Positions 31,934 to 42,176 of a stretch of DNA of 64,000 bases are shown in pieces; the stretch's first letter is position 1, and every line of letters starts with the position of its first letter. Source of the DNA: Gammaproteobacteria bacterium (lineage in GTDB: Bacteria > Pseudomonadota > Gammaproteobacteria > UBA4575); the NCBI GenBank assembly GCA_965203475.1, contig OZ241890.1, positions 1,513,423-1,577,422 of the forward strand, written 5' to 3'. The notes under the pieces were generated by a model. That model was not told where the DNA came from and made no database searches. It saw only the letters and a program-made list of their open reading frames with translations. Both the position numbers and the translations under genes were made by a program.

Positions 31934-33211
31934 ATGAAAATAGAAACACTTGCCATACACAGTGGATATGAACCTGATCCAACCACAAAAGCGGTAGCCG
32001 TTCCTATATATCAAACAACTTCATACGCCTTTGATGACACTCAACACGGTGCCGATTTATTTGACTTAAAAGTTGAAGGTAATATTTACACGCGCATCAT
32101 GAACCCAACAACGGCTGTTCTAGAACAACGTATTGCAGCTATGGAAGGTGGTGTAGGGTCACTGGCACTGTCTTCGGGTATGGCCGCAATTTCATATGCC
32201 ATTTTTGCCATTGCAGAGCAAGGCGACAACATTGTTTCGGTCGCTACACTTTATGGTGGAACGTATAATTTATTTGCACACACACTACCGAAACTTGGTA
32301 TCGAAGTTCGTTTTATAGATTACCGTGACATGGATGCCATGGCGGCTGCAATAGACGATAAAACAAAGGCAATAGTTTGTGAATCTTTAGGAAACCCCGC
32401 AGGTAATGTGATTGACCTTGAAAAAACAGTAGACGTTGCACACGCAAAAGGGGTTCCTGTAATTGTTGATAACACAGTACCTACCCCCTATTTATGCCGT
32501 CCATTTGAACATGGCGCAGATATTGTTGTGCATTCATTAACAAAGTACATGGGTGGACATGGAACCACTATTGGTGGGGTTGTGGTTGATTCGGGAAAAT
32601 TCCCATGGGAAAAACACAAAAAACGTTTTCCGATGCTAAATGAACCAGATCCATCCTATCATGGTGTGGTTTATACCGAAGCGTTGGGAGCAGCGGCTTA
32701 CATAGGCCGAGTACGAGTAGTACCACTACGCAATATGGGCTCGGCAATATCTCCATTCAATAGCTTTCTTGTATTACAAGGGATCGAGAGTTTACCGGTA
32801 CGTATGGATCGTCATTGTGAAAATACTTTAGCTGTCGCTCAATACTTAGAAAAACATAAAAATATAACTTGGGTAAATTACGCAGGTTTGCCTACACATG
32901 AAGACCATGCCTTGGTACAAAAATATTTTAATGGCAAAGCTTCTGGAATTTTAAGTTTTGGAATAAAAGGCGGCATTGAGGCGGGGACTAAATTTATTGA
33001 CGCACTACAACTTATAGTGAGACTGGTGAATATTGGTGATGCAAAATCGTTAGCATGCCATCCAGCTACCACTACACATCGACAGTTATCAAAAGAAGAG
33101 CAAGCTACAGCAGGTGTGAGTGAAGATTTAGTGCGACTATCCATCGGCATAGAACATATTGATGATATTTTAGAGGACATCGAACAAGCACTTGAAAAGT
33201 CTGCGGCTTAA
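31934..33211 (+). CDS. metY: O-acetylhomoserine sulfhydrylase (PLP-dependent, Cys/Met metabolism family)
   Basis: MKIETLAIHSG...; the PLP lysine region SLTKYMGGHG; a Shine-Dalgarno sequence (SD) AGGGGG precedes the ATG at 31934. Confidence 0.88.
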   Translation: MKIETLAIHSGYEPDPTTKAVAVPIYQTTSYAFDDTQHGADLFDLKVEGNIYTRIMNPTTAVLEQRIAAMEGGVGSLALSSGMAAISYAIFAIAEQGDNIVSVATLYGGTYNLFAHTLPKLGIEVRFIDYRDMDAMAAAIDDKTKAIVCESLGNPAGNVIDLEKTVDVAHAKGVPVIVDNTVPTPYLCRPFEHGADIVVHSLTKYMGGHGTTIGGVVVDSGKFPWEKHKKRFPMLNEPDPSYHGVVYTEALGAAAYIGRVRVVPLRNMGSAISPFNSFLVLQGIESLPVRMDRHCENTLAVAQYLEKHKNITWVNYAGLPTHEDHALVQKYFNGKASGILSFGIKGGIEAGTKFIDALQLIVRLVNIGDAKSLACHPATTTHRQLSKEEQATAGVSEDLVRLSIGIEHIDDILEDIEQALEKSAA

Positions 33212-33231
33212 ACTCTTAAATTCAATTTAGT

Positions 33232-34206
33232 TTGTCGAGCTACCATCCTAGCTGGCCATTGAATAATGGTCATATAAATACCATTGCGGCTGCATCTTAC
33301 GTTCGCAAACGATATGCACTAAGCGTAAGTAAAAACTTACACAGCAACAGTGAATCCATAATTTTAGAGCTTAGCGATAATGTACGCTTGCAAGGATTCC
33401 TATCGACAGGGCAAACTGACGAAAAACCTTTAGTTTTCTTGCTGCATGGTTGGTTGGGTTGCGCAGATTCTCTTTATCTCTTACCTTTAGCATCACTGCT
33501 GTACGCACAGAGCTTTACTGTTTTTCGATTAAATTTTCGGGATCACGGAAACACACAACATTTAAATAAAGAGCTGTTTCATTCTTGCAGACTTAAGGAG
33601 GTCTGCGAAGCTGTGCAATACATTCAGCAAGTCGTAAAGCATTCAGCATTGTATTTAATTGGCTTTTCTTTAGGAGGTAATTTTGCGCTACGAATTGGAG
33701 CAGATGCGGATGATTTTGGATTAAAGATCAAGAAAATTTATTCCATTAGTCCAGTCATGGATCCTGAACAAGCATTAAATGAAACCGAATCCATGCATAA
33801 GATTTATACCCGCTATTATTTACAACGTTGGAAGCAAATGCTCTACAAAAAGCATACACATTTCCCTGGAGCGTTAGATTTAAATAAAATAAATCATCAA
33901 ACCTCACTAACAGGAATGACTGAACATTTACTGCTTCAATATACAGAATTTAATTGTCTAAAAGATTATTTACACGGGTATTCGATCATTGGGGATCGAT
34001 TATCGAGTTTAAAAGTCCAGAGTGATGTTTATATAGCAAAAGATGACCCGGTCATTCCTTACCAAGACTACAAAAAGTTACATGCATCCAAACAGCTAGA
34101 TATTCACATTAATGAAAACGGCGGACACTGCGGATTTTTGAATAGTCTATTCAATATAAATTGGGTTGATGAAAATATCATCCATTCGTTAAATCAATAC
34201 ACTTGA
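33232..34206 (+). CDS. YheT-type alpha/beta hydrolase
   Basis: NGH.NT...R N-terminal pattern and the GFSLGGN nucleophile elbow; TTG start. Confidence 0.65.
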   Translation: MSSYHPSWPLNNGHINTIAAASYVRKRYALSVSKNLHSNSESIILELSDNVRLQGFLSTGQTDEKPLVFLLHGWLGCADSLYLLPLASLLYAQSFTVFRLNFRDHGNTQHLNKELFHSCRLKEVCEAVQYIQQVVKHSALYLIGFSLGGNFALRIGADADDFGLKIKKIYSISPVMDPEQALNETESMHKIYTRYYLQRWKQMLYKKHTHFPGALDLNKINHQTSLTGMTEHLLLQYTEFNCLKDYLHGYSIIGDRLSSLKVQSDVYIAKDDPVIPYQDYKKLHASKQLDIHINENGGHCGFLNSLFNINWVDENIIHSLNQYT

Positions 34207-34359
34207 AAATTAGTTGAATCCTGCTAACAAGTGCCCTTGCTTGAAATAGCAGATAGATTTAGGCAGTGCTGCATCATAATTGTTGGAGTTGGCCAACAAT
34301 CTATTAATTCATCAACTGCGCCACATTAACAACGCAGTTGATAGCAAAGAATCTACAAA

Positions 34360-36579
34360 TTAATCCGTTAAAAAGTTATTCAATATATATTTCGCAACTT
34401 GTCGAGCACAATCTCCTTCACAGGTAGATGCTACTGGAGTAGGCATATAAAGTGTCAAATAATTTTCCAAAGTTGCTTGATCGCCGCATACTTCTTGATT
34501 TGGTGGCACTGGTACTGTGTTATTCGTACACATGTTCGGCCCTATTGGGAAGGCATAAATCAATGAGCCTTCACCTGCCGCACCATGACAGAATGCGCAT
34601 TGCAAATCATATTCAGTTTTACCTAAGGCAAGTTCTGGGTCAGGATTTGCAGTAACCGTTACAGACTGCACCAGATTTGATCCCTCTATACCAATACAAC
34701 TTAGAGTAAAGGTTGTACTTGCCTGAATATTAGCAATAACCTCACTATAACTTGCTTGTGCTACATCTTTCGCACCGGTCCATGCCGCATTAGCGGGCAC
34801 CGAAGATGCTGTACAAGAAGCAAGATCCGTTGGGTTCCATGCCAAGGTAACCGAATCACCTTTAATAATAGTTGCATTTGCTGCATTGTTAACTGTAAAG
34901 GTTAATGATGGATTAGGAACAACTACCGTAACATTTACGCTAACATTTGTTGCTAAATTAATAGAGTTTACACAACTTAAGTTAAAGGTTGTATCGGCCA
35001 ATAAATTATTAATAGTTTCCATACCAGATAATGCTTTCGCACCGGTCCAGCCACCTGAAGCAGTACAAGTTCCTACCGCGCCAGTTGAACTCCAAGTTAA
35101 AACTGTAGAATCGTTATACGGAACATTCATAACTGGATTAGCACTTAAATTTACAACAGGCGCACCTGGCGCTGCATCTACAGTCACATCAACTGAGGCG
35201 ACTTCAGAATTAATACCGCCCTTAGTACATACTAAGCTGAAGGTATTCACACCTGACTGAGTTAAGTTATTTAATGCCATGTTACCTGTAGCCAATCTTT
35301 CCCCACTCCACTGACCATTAGCATTTGCACCACCTGCAGTACAGGTGTCACCATCCGAAGCCCAGGTTAAAGTAACCGTACCATCATAAGCAATTGGGTT
35401 AGCTGCATTGGATGCCGGTGCTGCCGTAAAAGTGGCTATAACAGGTTGAACATCATTGTCATTATTGGTGACTGAAACATCAGATGGATTTACACCACCA
35501 TAGGTTCGATCTGTACTTACTGCAGCTGCTGTTACGATTGAATAAGCTACTGGCCCATCAACCATTGGAGCTGCTGCATCATCCACACCAGTAACCGTTA
35601 CGGTTTGTGCATTCATGAAATTGTTTTGATCAATAACAATTGATGCAGGATTTACTATGCCCTCTGCAGTGTTATTACTGGACAGACCAATGGTAACTGG
35701 CGCAGTAGGTGCAGTTGCAATAGAAATATCAAATGTAGCAGTGTCGCCATCCTCACTGGTAACCAATCCAACAGTTGGATTCACAGTAATCGTTCCTTGA
35801 CCCGCGACCTCATCATCTGTGTTCACCAATGAAACATCAGCTGGATCAATGGCTGCGTAATTTGGATCAGCACTTACTGCAGTTACAACTACATTATATG
35901 GAGTATCTAGTAAGGCATCTACGACAACATCATTTACTCCGGCAACCATAACAGTATAGGCCTGCGTCCAGTTACCTGCATTAAATGTATGTGAATCTGC
36001 TCCAACAATAGTTCCTTCGTTAACGTTATCACTCATTACGTTAATCGTTACATCATCGGTTGGGACAGAATTTAATCCTACAGTAAAGGTTGCCATTGCA
36101 CCTGCTTCTGTGGTTTGCAGCCCTGAAGTCGGGTTAACGATAATGCCAGGAGCATTGTTAGCACCAGGTTTCACCTTACCTTGAACAAATCCTTCAATAA
36201 TATATTGCGATACATCACTAGCACATTGACCAATACAAGTTGTAGGATCGTAGCCACCACCAGCAGATGGCATTAACAACTCGTTGTAATTGGTGAGTTG
36301 TGTATGGTCTACACAACTTAGGCAATCATTGGTGTTATCGACTGGCCCACCTGCGGATGTACCTTCACCAAATCTGCCGTGACAACTATCACAAGCATAT
36401 ACAGGATCAATATAGATTGAGCAACCAGCTGCAGCTTGCGCGGAAAGATTTGTAAAATTTGCGCAACTAAACGCATCGGTCATCTCCCCTGTACTTTCGC
36501 CGGAAGATTCACCGCCACAAGCGCTTAAACCAAATAAGATAACTGCCAATACGACAGCACATTGCAGAATGCCTTTCAT
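34360..36579 (-). CDS. Large surface lipoprotein: N- and C-terminal c-type-cytochrome-like modules (CxxCH) flanking Calx-beta/cadherin-like repeats
   Basis: Lipobox LSAC; CDSCHGRFGEG near the N-terminus and CAFCHGAAGEG near the C-terminus; repeated TVTVTGVDD...VTNNDND modules. Confidence 0.7.
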   Translation of the reverse strand: MKGILQCAVVLAVILFGLSACGGESSGESTGEMTDAFSCANFTNLSAQAAAGCSIYIDPVYACDSCHGRFGEGTSAGGPVDNTNDCLSCVDHTQLTNYNELLMPSAGGGYDPTTCIGQCASDVSQYIIEGFVQGKVKPGANNAPGIIVNPTSGLQTTEAGAMATFTVGLNSVPTDDVTINVMSDNVNEGTIVGADSHTFNAGNWTQAYTVMVAGVNDVVVDALLDTPYNVVVTAVSADPNYAAIDPADVSLVNTDDEVAGQGTITVNPTVGLVTSEDGDTATFDISIATAPTAPVTIGLSSNNTAEGIVNPASIVIDQNNFMNAQTVTVTGVDDAAAPMVDGPVAYSIVTAAAVSTDRTYGGVNPSDVSVTNNDNDVQPVIATFTAAPASNAANPIAYDGTVTLTWASDGDTCTAGGANANGQWSGERLATGNMALNNLTQSGVNTFSLVCTKGGINSEVASVDVTVDAAPGAPVVNLSANPVMNVPYNDSTVLTWSSTGAVGTCTASGGWTGAKALSGMETINNLLADTTFNLSCVNSINLATNVSVNVTVVVPNPSLTFTVNNAANATIIKGDSVTLAWNPTDLASCTASSVPANAAWTGAKDVAQASYSEVIANIQASTTFTLSCIGIEGSNLVQSVTVTANPDPELALGKTEYDLQCAFCHGAAGEGSLIYAFPIGPNMCTNNTVPVPPNQEVCGDQATLENYLTLYMPTPVASTCEGDCARQVAKYILNNFLTD

Positions 36580-36873
36580 TGTTCCAACTCCAATTGAAAA
36601 ATGACTTGTAACTGCGTTTAAGTATTTATTTCCATTTCAATACTTAGCGCAGTAAATAATCTTTAGTCGCTGAATACCCTCTCAGATTCGTTAAAGAATA
36701 AAAGCCTTATAAAATCAAAATACTAGAGTCATATGATAATTAGGTAGGGACTAATTTGATAATGTAACTCGTACCATTGATCCGTTTTAAACGGCCGTTG
36801 GTCATGCTCAGGAAAGTGGAAAAATGTGAACTAGAAAAAATTCACCACGAGACAAAAACTTATCTTTAGAAAT

Positions 36874-38892
36874 TTATCCAGTGGGTTTCGGTGAAACAGG
36901 AGAAAGGTGTTCACTGATACGGGTTGGCGTTTGCGATAGCTTCCATTCGAACAAAGCGGTATACGCCAAAATTGCTCGCACATACTCTCTTGTTTCTGTA
37001 AATGGAATTGTATCAACCCAAATATCGGCAGGTAACTCATTGTCTTCAGGTAACCATGCACGTACACGATGTGGTCCTGCATTATAGGCCGCAGACGCTA
37101 ACGCACGATGACCATCAAATCTTTTTAACATACTACTTATATATGTACTTCCTAAATTAACATTATAGGAAGGTGAATACAGATCATACTTAGAAGGTAC
37201 TTTTAAATTTAATTGTCGTGAAACTTCTTTGGCTGTTGCTGGCATGAGCTGCATAAGCCCTCTTGCTCCAACAGGAGAACGTGCCTGAGGATTAAAGGCA
37301 CTTTCGCGACGAATAATTCCATACACAAATGCAGGTTCTAGTTTCTTTCGTGAGGAATACTTTTGCACAATGCCATCAAATGGCATGGGAAATCTTATGT
37401 CGAGATCATCATAATAATTTGCTTTGGCAATCGTTCGAATGGCGTAGTCATGCCATTGCCACTGATGGGCCAAGTATGCTGCGATTTGAAATTGTTTTTG
37501 TGAAAAGTGTTTTGACGCGTAGTTCCATTCCCTTCTTGCCGCACTTAATTGGTTAACAAACAATAATTCACGTGCACGAAGTATTGCCGGAATACTTTCA
37601 ACTTCTTCAATTTCTTGTTGTGAGAAATAAACAGGTTTGTGATTGATGTTATATGGCAAATCCAGTTTGTCAGCAGCTAGAAAACCATAGTAGCTTCTGT
37701 CTTTAGCTATAGCGCGATAAATTTGTATGGCATCTGAGCTCAATCCTTTTTCAGTCATGGCGCGAGCTTTCCAGTATTGCCATTGCGGTTCTGATTTTTC
37801 TTCATCCTCTAGCATCGCTATGCCACGCAATACCAATTCCCAATCCTGCGTTCTAATTGCTGAACGCGCCCGCCACATTCCAGTAGATGCATCAACTACA
37901 TCTTTAGGCAACTGATACATCCAAGTGGTAGCACGTTCATCATGCCGGTAGGCTGCGCGCAACGCCAAATCACGTTCTATTGCATCATGCAAATCAGAAC
38001 CAAAGGCATAATTCTCTTGTATAGCAAGCCAAGTGTCGTGAGCTGCTGTGAGGTCTCTACGCGCAAGTCTCGATACACCGTGACGGACAATTTGTCGATT
38101 AATACGCACATCTTCAGCGACCGCGCCTGAGAGCAAATTCTTTTGTGGATTTGAATGAGTTGCAAACCATAACTTTGCATGGGCCTGATCTTCAGCTGGC
38201 AATTTTTTGGCTAGATACTTGGCCAAACTAATTTGTTTGGCTTGCATAGCTAATGCCATACGCTCCCAAATTAATTCTCGAGTCAAGTAGCCTTCAGCCT
38301 CAAACCATTTGAACAGAGGATCACATTGTTTTGGTTGCGATTTTCCAGATAGCCAAATTTCTCTAACATCATCTAAATAAGGCTCAATATCTTCCTGTTT
38401 AATTTTAGCGCGCAAAAAATAACACCGATACTGCAACGATTCATCGTCTTGGTAAAACTCGAGAAAACTTTCCCAATCACTTCTTTTTTGAAGTTGGTTT
38501 AACCAATTTAATCGTAGTCGAGTGGCAAGAGGCCCATCATCAAATGTGTTTATAAATGAACGTATTTCTTCATTATTAGATTTGGATATTCTTAGTATGA
38601 GTTTGTCATAAATTAAATATTGATATAGAGGATATGCTTCAAGTTGTGGGAGATATGATTGATATTTTGAGCGCTGACCTTTATGCAACGCCTTTCTCGC
38701 ATTTTTAAAGTCTGTTCTTTGTTGAGACCAAAAATCATCAGCATTAGCGTGCACTGCGCTAATTGATAAATATGAAACTAAAAATACCGTTAGAGAGGCA
38801 AGAAAGAGTTTGCGCAACGCACAGATGCGTTGCGCAACAATAATACTAGTATGAAGAAGCCTCCGGTAATGGCTCAGATACAATATCCGCAC
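36874..38892 (-). CDS. slt: Soluble lytic murein transglycosylase (Slt70 family)
   Basis: Superhelical N-domain plus the lytic transglycosylase motif ESAFNPQARSPVGARGLMQLMP. The annotated start overlaps the upstream bactofilin gene by 47 bp, so the real start is probably internal. Confidence 0.85.
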   Translation of the reverse strand: MRILYLSHYRRLLHTSIIVAQRICALRKLFLASLTVFLVSYLSISAVHANADDFWSQQRTDFKNARKALHKGQRSKYQSYLPQLEAYPLYQYLIYDKLILRISKSNNEEIRSFINTFDDGPLATRLRLNWLNQLQKRSDWESFLEFYQDDESLQYRCYFLRAKIKQEDIEPYLDDVREIWLSGKSQPKQCDPLFKWFEAEGYLTRELIWERMALAMQAKQISLAKYLAKKLPAEDQAHAKLWFATHSNPQKNLLSGAVAEDVRINRQIVRHGVSRLARRDLTAAHDTWLAIQENYAFGSDLHDAIERDLALRAAYRHDERATTWMYQLPKDVVDASTGMWRARSAIRTQDWELVLRGIAMLEDEEKSEPQWQYWKARAMTEKGLSSDAIQIYRAIAKDRSYYGFLAADKLDLPYNINHKPVYFSQQEIEEVESIPAILRARELLFVNQLSAARREWNYASKHFSQKQFQIAAYLAHQWQWHDYAIRTIAKANYYDDLDIRFPMPFDGIVQKYSSRKKLEPAFVYGIIRRESAFNPQARSPVGARGLMQLMPATAKEVSRQLNLKVPSKYDLYSPSYNVNLGSTYISSMLKRFDGHRALASAAYNAGPHRVRAWLPEDNELPADIWVDTIPFTETREYVRAILAYTALFEWKLSQTPTRISEHLSPVSPKPTG

Positions 38893-39286
38893 TGTTTTTG
38901 TTATCAGATTCTTCTAAAACATTTCCTGTTGGGAGCTTTCCATCATGGATTTTCATGGTCCCATCAATCATTGCACCCTGCGCCACTGAAACACTGGTGC
39001 CACTAACATTTCCAAATATTCTAGCACTTCCTGTAATTTCTAGCTTGCCTCTGGCAAAAACATCGCCTTTCACAGTGCCTCCGATAATCACATCATCGGT
39101 GTGAATATTGCCTTCCCATACTGCCGTGGAAGCCAATTCAACCATGCCCTCAATTTCCCCATCACCCTTGACTTGACCACTGATGATAATAGATCCAGAA
39201 CCTTGAATATTTCCAGAAATAGTGAAATCTTTGCCCAGTATAGTTGCCGGCGAAGAAACTTTATCTTTAAATTTACTAATACCCAT
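38846..39286 (-). CDS. Bactofilin (DUF583) cytoskeletal protein
   Basis: Beta-helical repeat pattern ISGNIQGSGSIIISGQVKGDGEIEG...GTVKGDV... Confidence 0.7.
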   Translation of the reverse strand: MGISKFKDKVSSPATILGKDFTISGNIQGSGSIIISGQVKGDGEIEGMVELASTAVWEGNIHTDDVIIGGTVKGDVFARGKLEITGSARIFGNVSGTSVSVAQGAMIDGTMKIHDGKLPTGNVLEESDNKNSADIVSEPLPEASSY

Positions 39287-39443
39287 ATATGCCTCCGAGC
39301 ATTTGCAGATATGTTTTTGAGTATACCGCAGGGATTAGTGAATACCGGAGAAGCGTGGCCGTCACCCGACTGAAGAGTAAAATTTAGCTATGAAGTGACA
39401 TTTTTTAATACACCGAAAATGAAACTTACATAATTAATAGACG

Positions 39444-39698
39444 ATGGAATCGATTAGCGAAATATTCATACAGCTTTCAAAAATGCCTTACTACACATTT
39501 GGCTGGATTGTATTGGCAGGCTTAGCAATAGTGCCAGCCATTGTAAGCGGCAACATGGTGTTACATTATTTAACGAAAATTAGCAGTAGCAAGTCATCAG
39601 AAAATAATATTGTAAAATTGTTCCTTGTGAACCTACTTATATTAATAATTTGCGTTTTAATTTTTGCCTATGCTTTTTATTTATATATCTGGACTTAG
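39444..39698 (+). CDS. Small membrane protein (84 aa)
   Basis: Two hydrophobic helices; ORF only. Confidence 0.3.
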   Translation: MESISEIFIQLSKMPYYTFGWIVLAGLAIVPAIVSGNMVLHYLTKISSSKSSENNIVKLFLVNLLILIICVLIFAYAFYLYIWT

Positions 39699-39700
39699 AT

Positions 39701-40909
39701 TTATTTCCGAATCACTCTAAACACGTTAGTTTTATTTTGTTTTTCCTCGACTAAATTTCTTTCTTGTATGGTTGAATAATGACTAATTTCGATATCGGGT
39801 TGAATTTTCGATGCCACAATGGATGAATAGAAATCCGCTTGACCATACTTAGAGAGGAATTGATCGTATACTTGCATATCTATAGAAGTAGTTTTTTCTA
39901 GATCATCCAATATGACCAATAAACCATTAGGTTTAACCTGACTCCATGCCCAATCGAATAACTTTTCAAATCGTGAATTTGAGATGTTGGAGTCAGTAAT
40001 AGAAACACAATTTTGCAAACACACAACATCCATTTGTTTTGAAGATTCGATCCTTCCACTAGTCTCAAATATGGTTTGATGCTTACCTTCTAGGTACGCA
40101 GAAAAATAGCTTTCGAAATTTTTCGCAATTGAACTCTGCTCATTTGATATATCAATACTAACGCCATACGTTACGTTAATGTAAGGACTGAGCAATAATT
40201 CGGTTAATAACATTCCATGATCAGCGCTGACACTTAATGCTTGAATTTCAGTTTTTGCACCTAATTTATCTTGAATAATTCTTTCAATTACCGCGCTCGC
40301 AAAATAATTATCCCAAACTTTTTGCGCATAACTTGAGTATATGGCTCTTAACTCTTCTTGCGCACCTGTATCTAATAATGTTTGCAAAGAAATGTTCGCT
40401 CTTTGTTGATAAAACCATTCAATACAGCTTGGAATTGGATCTGGCCACTTGCGACCAACACGCAATGACATGACACCGTCATTTTCTGCCGTAACATTAC
40501 TGAATCCAGTCCAACGTTGACGACTTAAAAAAATATTTTCTAAAAAACTGCGTGACCAATAACCTTTTTCTTGTGCCTGTCCTTCTGGATAAACCGGTAA
40601 AATTACAGCCCCTCCAGGTTTTAATACTTTTAACAATTGCAATAAAAAAGAAGCTCCCCAGTTATTTGCAAATAAAGGAATACTGATCCCAATATAAATT
40701 CGATCTAGTAAATTGGGTAACGAAGGATAGAAAAAATTAGTAACTTGTGGATTCTCGTAATCAATTCCAAGATGCGATGAATTTGGTGTCATGCTTAGTA
40801 TATTGTCATCTGGTCGAATTTGATTATTTTTATCTCGCTCGCCCGAAAAGTAATAATCTAAGTCTTCCGCAATAAATTCTTCTGACAAATGAAAAGCAAC
40901 GTCTGCCAT
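39701..40909 (-). CDS. Hypothetical protein with two methyltransferase-like half-domains
   Basis: LKPGGAVIL and VKPNGLLVILDD motifs resemble the post-II region of class I SAM methyltransferases; otherwise unrecognised. Confidence 0.5.
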   Translation of the reverse strand: MADVAFHLSEEFIAEDLDYYFSGERDKNNQIRPDDNILSMTPNSSHLGIDYENPQVTNFFYPSLPNLLDRIYIGISIPLFANNWGASFLLQLLKVLKPGGAVILPVYPEGQAQEKGYWSRSFLENIFLSRQRWTGFSNVTAENDGVMSLRVGRKWPDPIPSCIEWFYQQRANISLQTLLDTGAQEELRAIYSSYAQKVWDNYFASAVIERIIQDKLGAKTEIQALSVSADHGMLLTELLLSPYINVTYGVSIDISNEQSSIAKNFESYFSAYLEGKHQTIFETSGRIESSKQMDVVCLQNCVSITDSNISNSRFEKLFDWAWSQVKPNGLLVILDDLEKTTSIDMQVYDQFLSKYGQADFYSSIVASKIQPDIEISHYSTIQERNLVEEKQNKTNVFRVIRK

Positions 40910-41023
40910 ATATTATTTATATGAATTATTAAGGGGTGCGATTTTGCTTAAAGCAAAGTAGAGTTTCAAGCAGAAGAACTCTTCTACAATTGTATTAAAT
41001 GTATTTAATTTTTTGCCTATAAA

Positions 41024-41488
41024 TCAGCGAGGTTTAAGTGCGGTACCCCCACCTGAAGGTCGTTGTGGTGGTCTAATATGCGGTGGCTTTGGTCGGGGGT
41101 AAGGGAAATAGTATGGGTATGACACTCCATAGCCCACATCTTCTTGCACATAAATTACTTGTGGTGGTGGGGGCTGAGATGCAGCTCGTTGTTTCTCTTG
41201 TTCAAGTTTTAACTTTTCACGCGCTAATCGTTCTTCATTCATGCGCAACCACTGGTTAGTTATAGAATAATAATCTTCATCAAGATTTTGTGGAACAGTA
41301 TATTCATCAAGAGTTTCGATTACTGATACATCCTCAGTTTTAGATTCTGGAGCTGAGTCTGAATAGTGGGTTACCCCTTCTTCATCTATCCACTTATGAA
41401 TCTGTTCAGCATATATAGGGCTAGCGACCAAACTAGCAATGAATAACACCAATAGTGTGTGCTTTATTCCATACATGCGTACATACAT
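41024..41488 (-). CDS. DUF4124-like secreted protein with Pro-rich C-terminus
   Basis: Signal peptide then HKWIDEEGVTHYSDSAPE, which is DUF4124-like. Confidence 0.5.
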   Translation of the reverse strand: MYVRMYGIKHTLLVLFIASLVASPIYAEQIHKWIDEEGVTHYSDSAPESKTEDVSVIETLDEYTVPQNLDEDYYSITNQWLRMNEERLAREKLKLEQEKQRAASQPPPPQVIYVQEDVGYGVSYPYYFPYPRPKPPHIRPPQRPSGGGTALKPR

Positions 41489-41522
41489 TATATAATTAGA
41501 AATCGACTAATAAATATAGTCT

Positions 41523-41801
41523 TCAATCTTCGCATTGCCAACCACTTAAATCAGAAGGTGCGTCATGTGTCTCTAATTCGTCCCACACGATATACCCTGT
41601 ATTTTGGTCATGTACGGCTTGTGCCGCCTCCTCGGCAGTAGGAAAAGTGAGTGTTGGCATACCATCCACCCATAGATCCCACATTCCTAGTGGTTCTTTT
41701 AGAATTTCAAATGTAGAAACATCCGTTTGTAACTTATACTTCATAGGTAAAGTATAACGTATTGATTTATTCCTGTGAGCACAGCGAACTTCTTTTTCCA
41801 T
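41523..41801 (-). CDS. Hypothetical protein (92 aa)
   Basis: ORF only. Confidence 0.3.
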   Translation of the reverse strand: MEKEVRCAHRNKSIRYTLPMKYKLQTDVSTFEILKEPLGMWDLWVDGMPTLTFPTAEEAAQAVHDQNTGYIVWDELETHDAPSDLSGWQCED

Positions 41802-42143
41802 GGATTATTTCCGGATTATATTGAAACAAAACAGGATCAATCGCGACAAATCTGCAAAGTGTTATTTGATGTTGATGTAGATGGTAAGTTTTATTCACAT
41901 TTAATTGCCAACATTTGGCAAGTTGATGAAGTAGATGGTGTGCCTACATTTGAAGTTGAATTTGACATTCCATTTGAATGTGATGAATTTCCAAGAGCCG
42001 TTGTAAAGTATTATCAGCAAGTCATAGGCCCACAATCTAAAACTATCAGTCAAAGCGGTCCTAAAGGACCCATCCCCAATAAAAATGTTTACCGTGTGCA
42101 ATGGCAAATCAGTTTACCCGCTATCAAAAAGCGCACAAATTAA
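41775..42143 (+). CDS. Hypothetical protein (122 aa)
   Basis: ORF only. Confidence 0.3.
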   Translation: MSTANFFFHGLFPDYIETKQDQSRQICKVLFDVDVDGKFYSHLIANIWQVDEVDGVPTFEVEFDIPFECDEFPRAVVKYYQQVIGPQSKTISQSGPKGPIPNKNVYRVQWQISLPAIKKRTN

Positions 42144-42176
42144 TTTTTACAATACATTATAGAAAACGCAGCTTTC

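Noticed and set aside
36831-37082. 83-aa ORF overlapping the slt 3' end
   Set aside because: Out-of-frame overlap with the conserved slt C-terminus.
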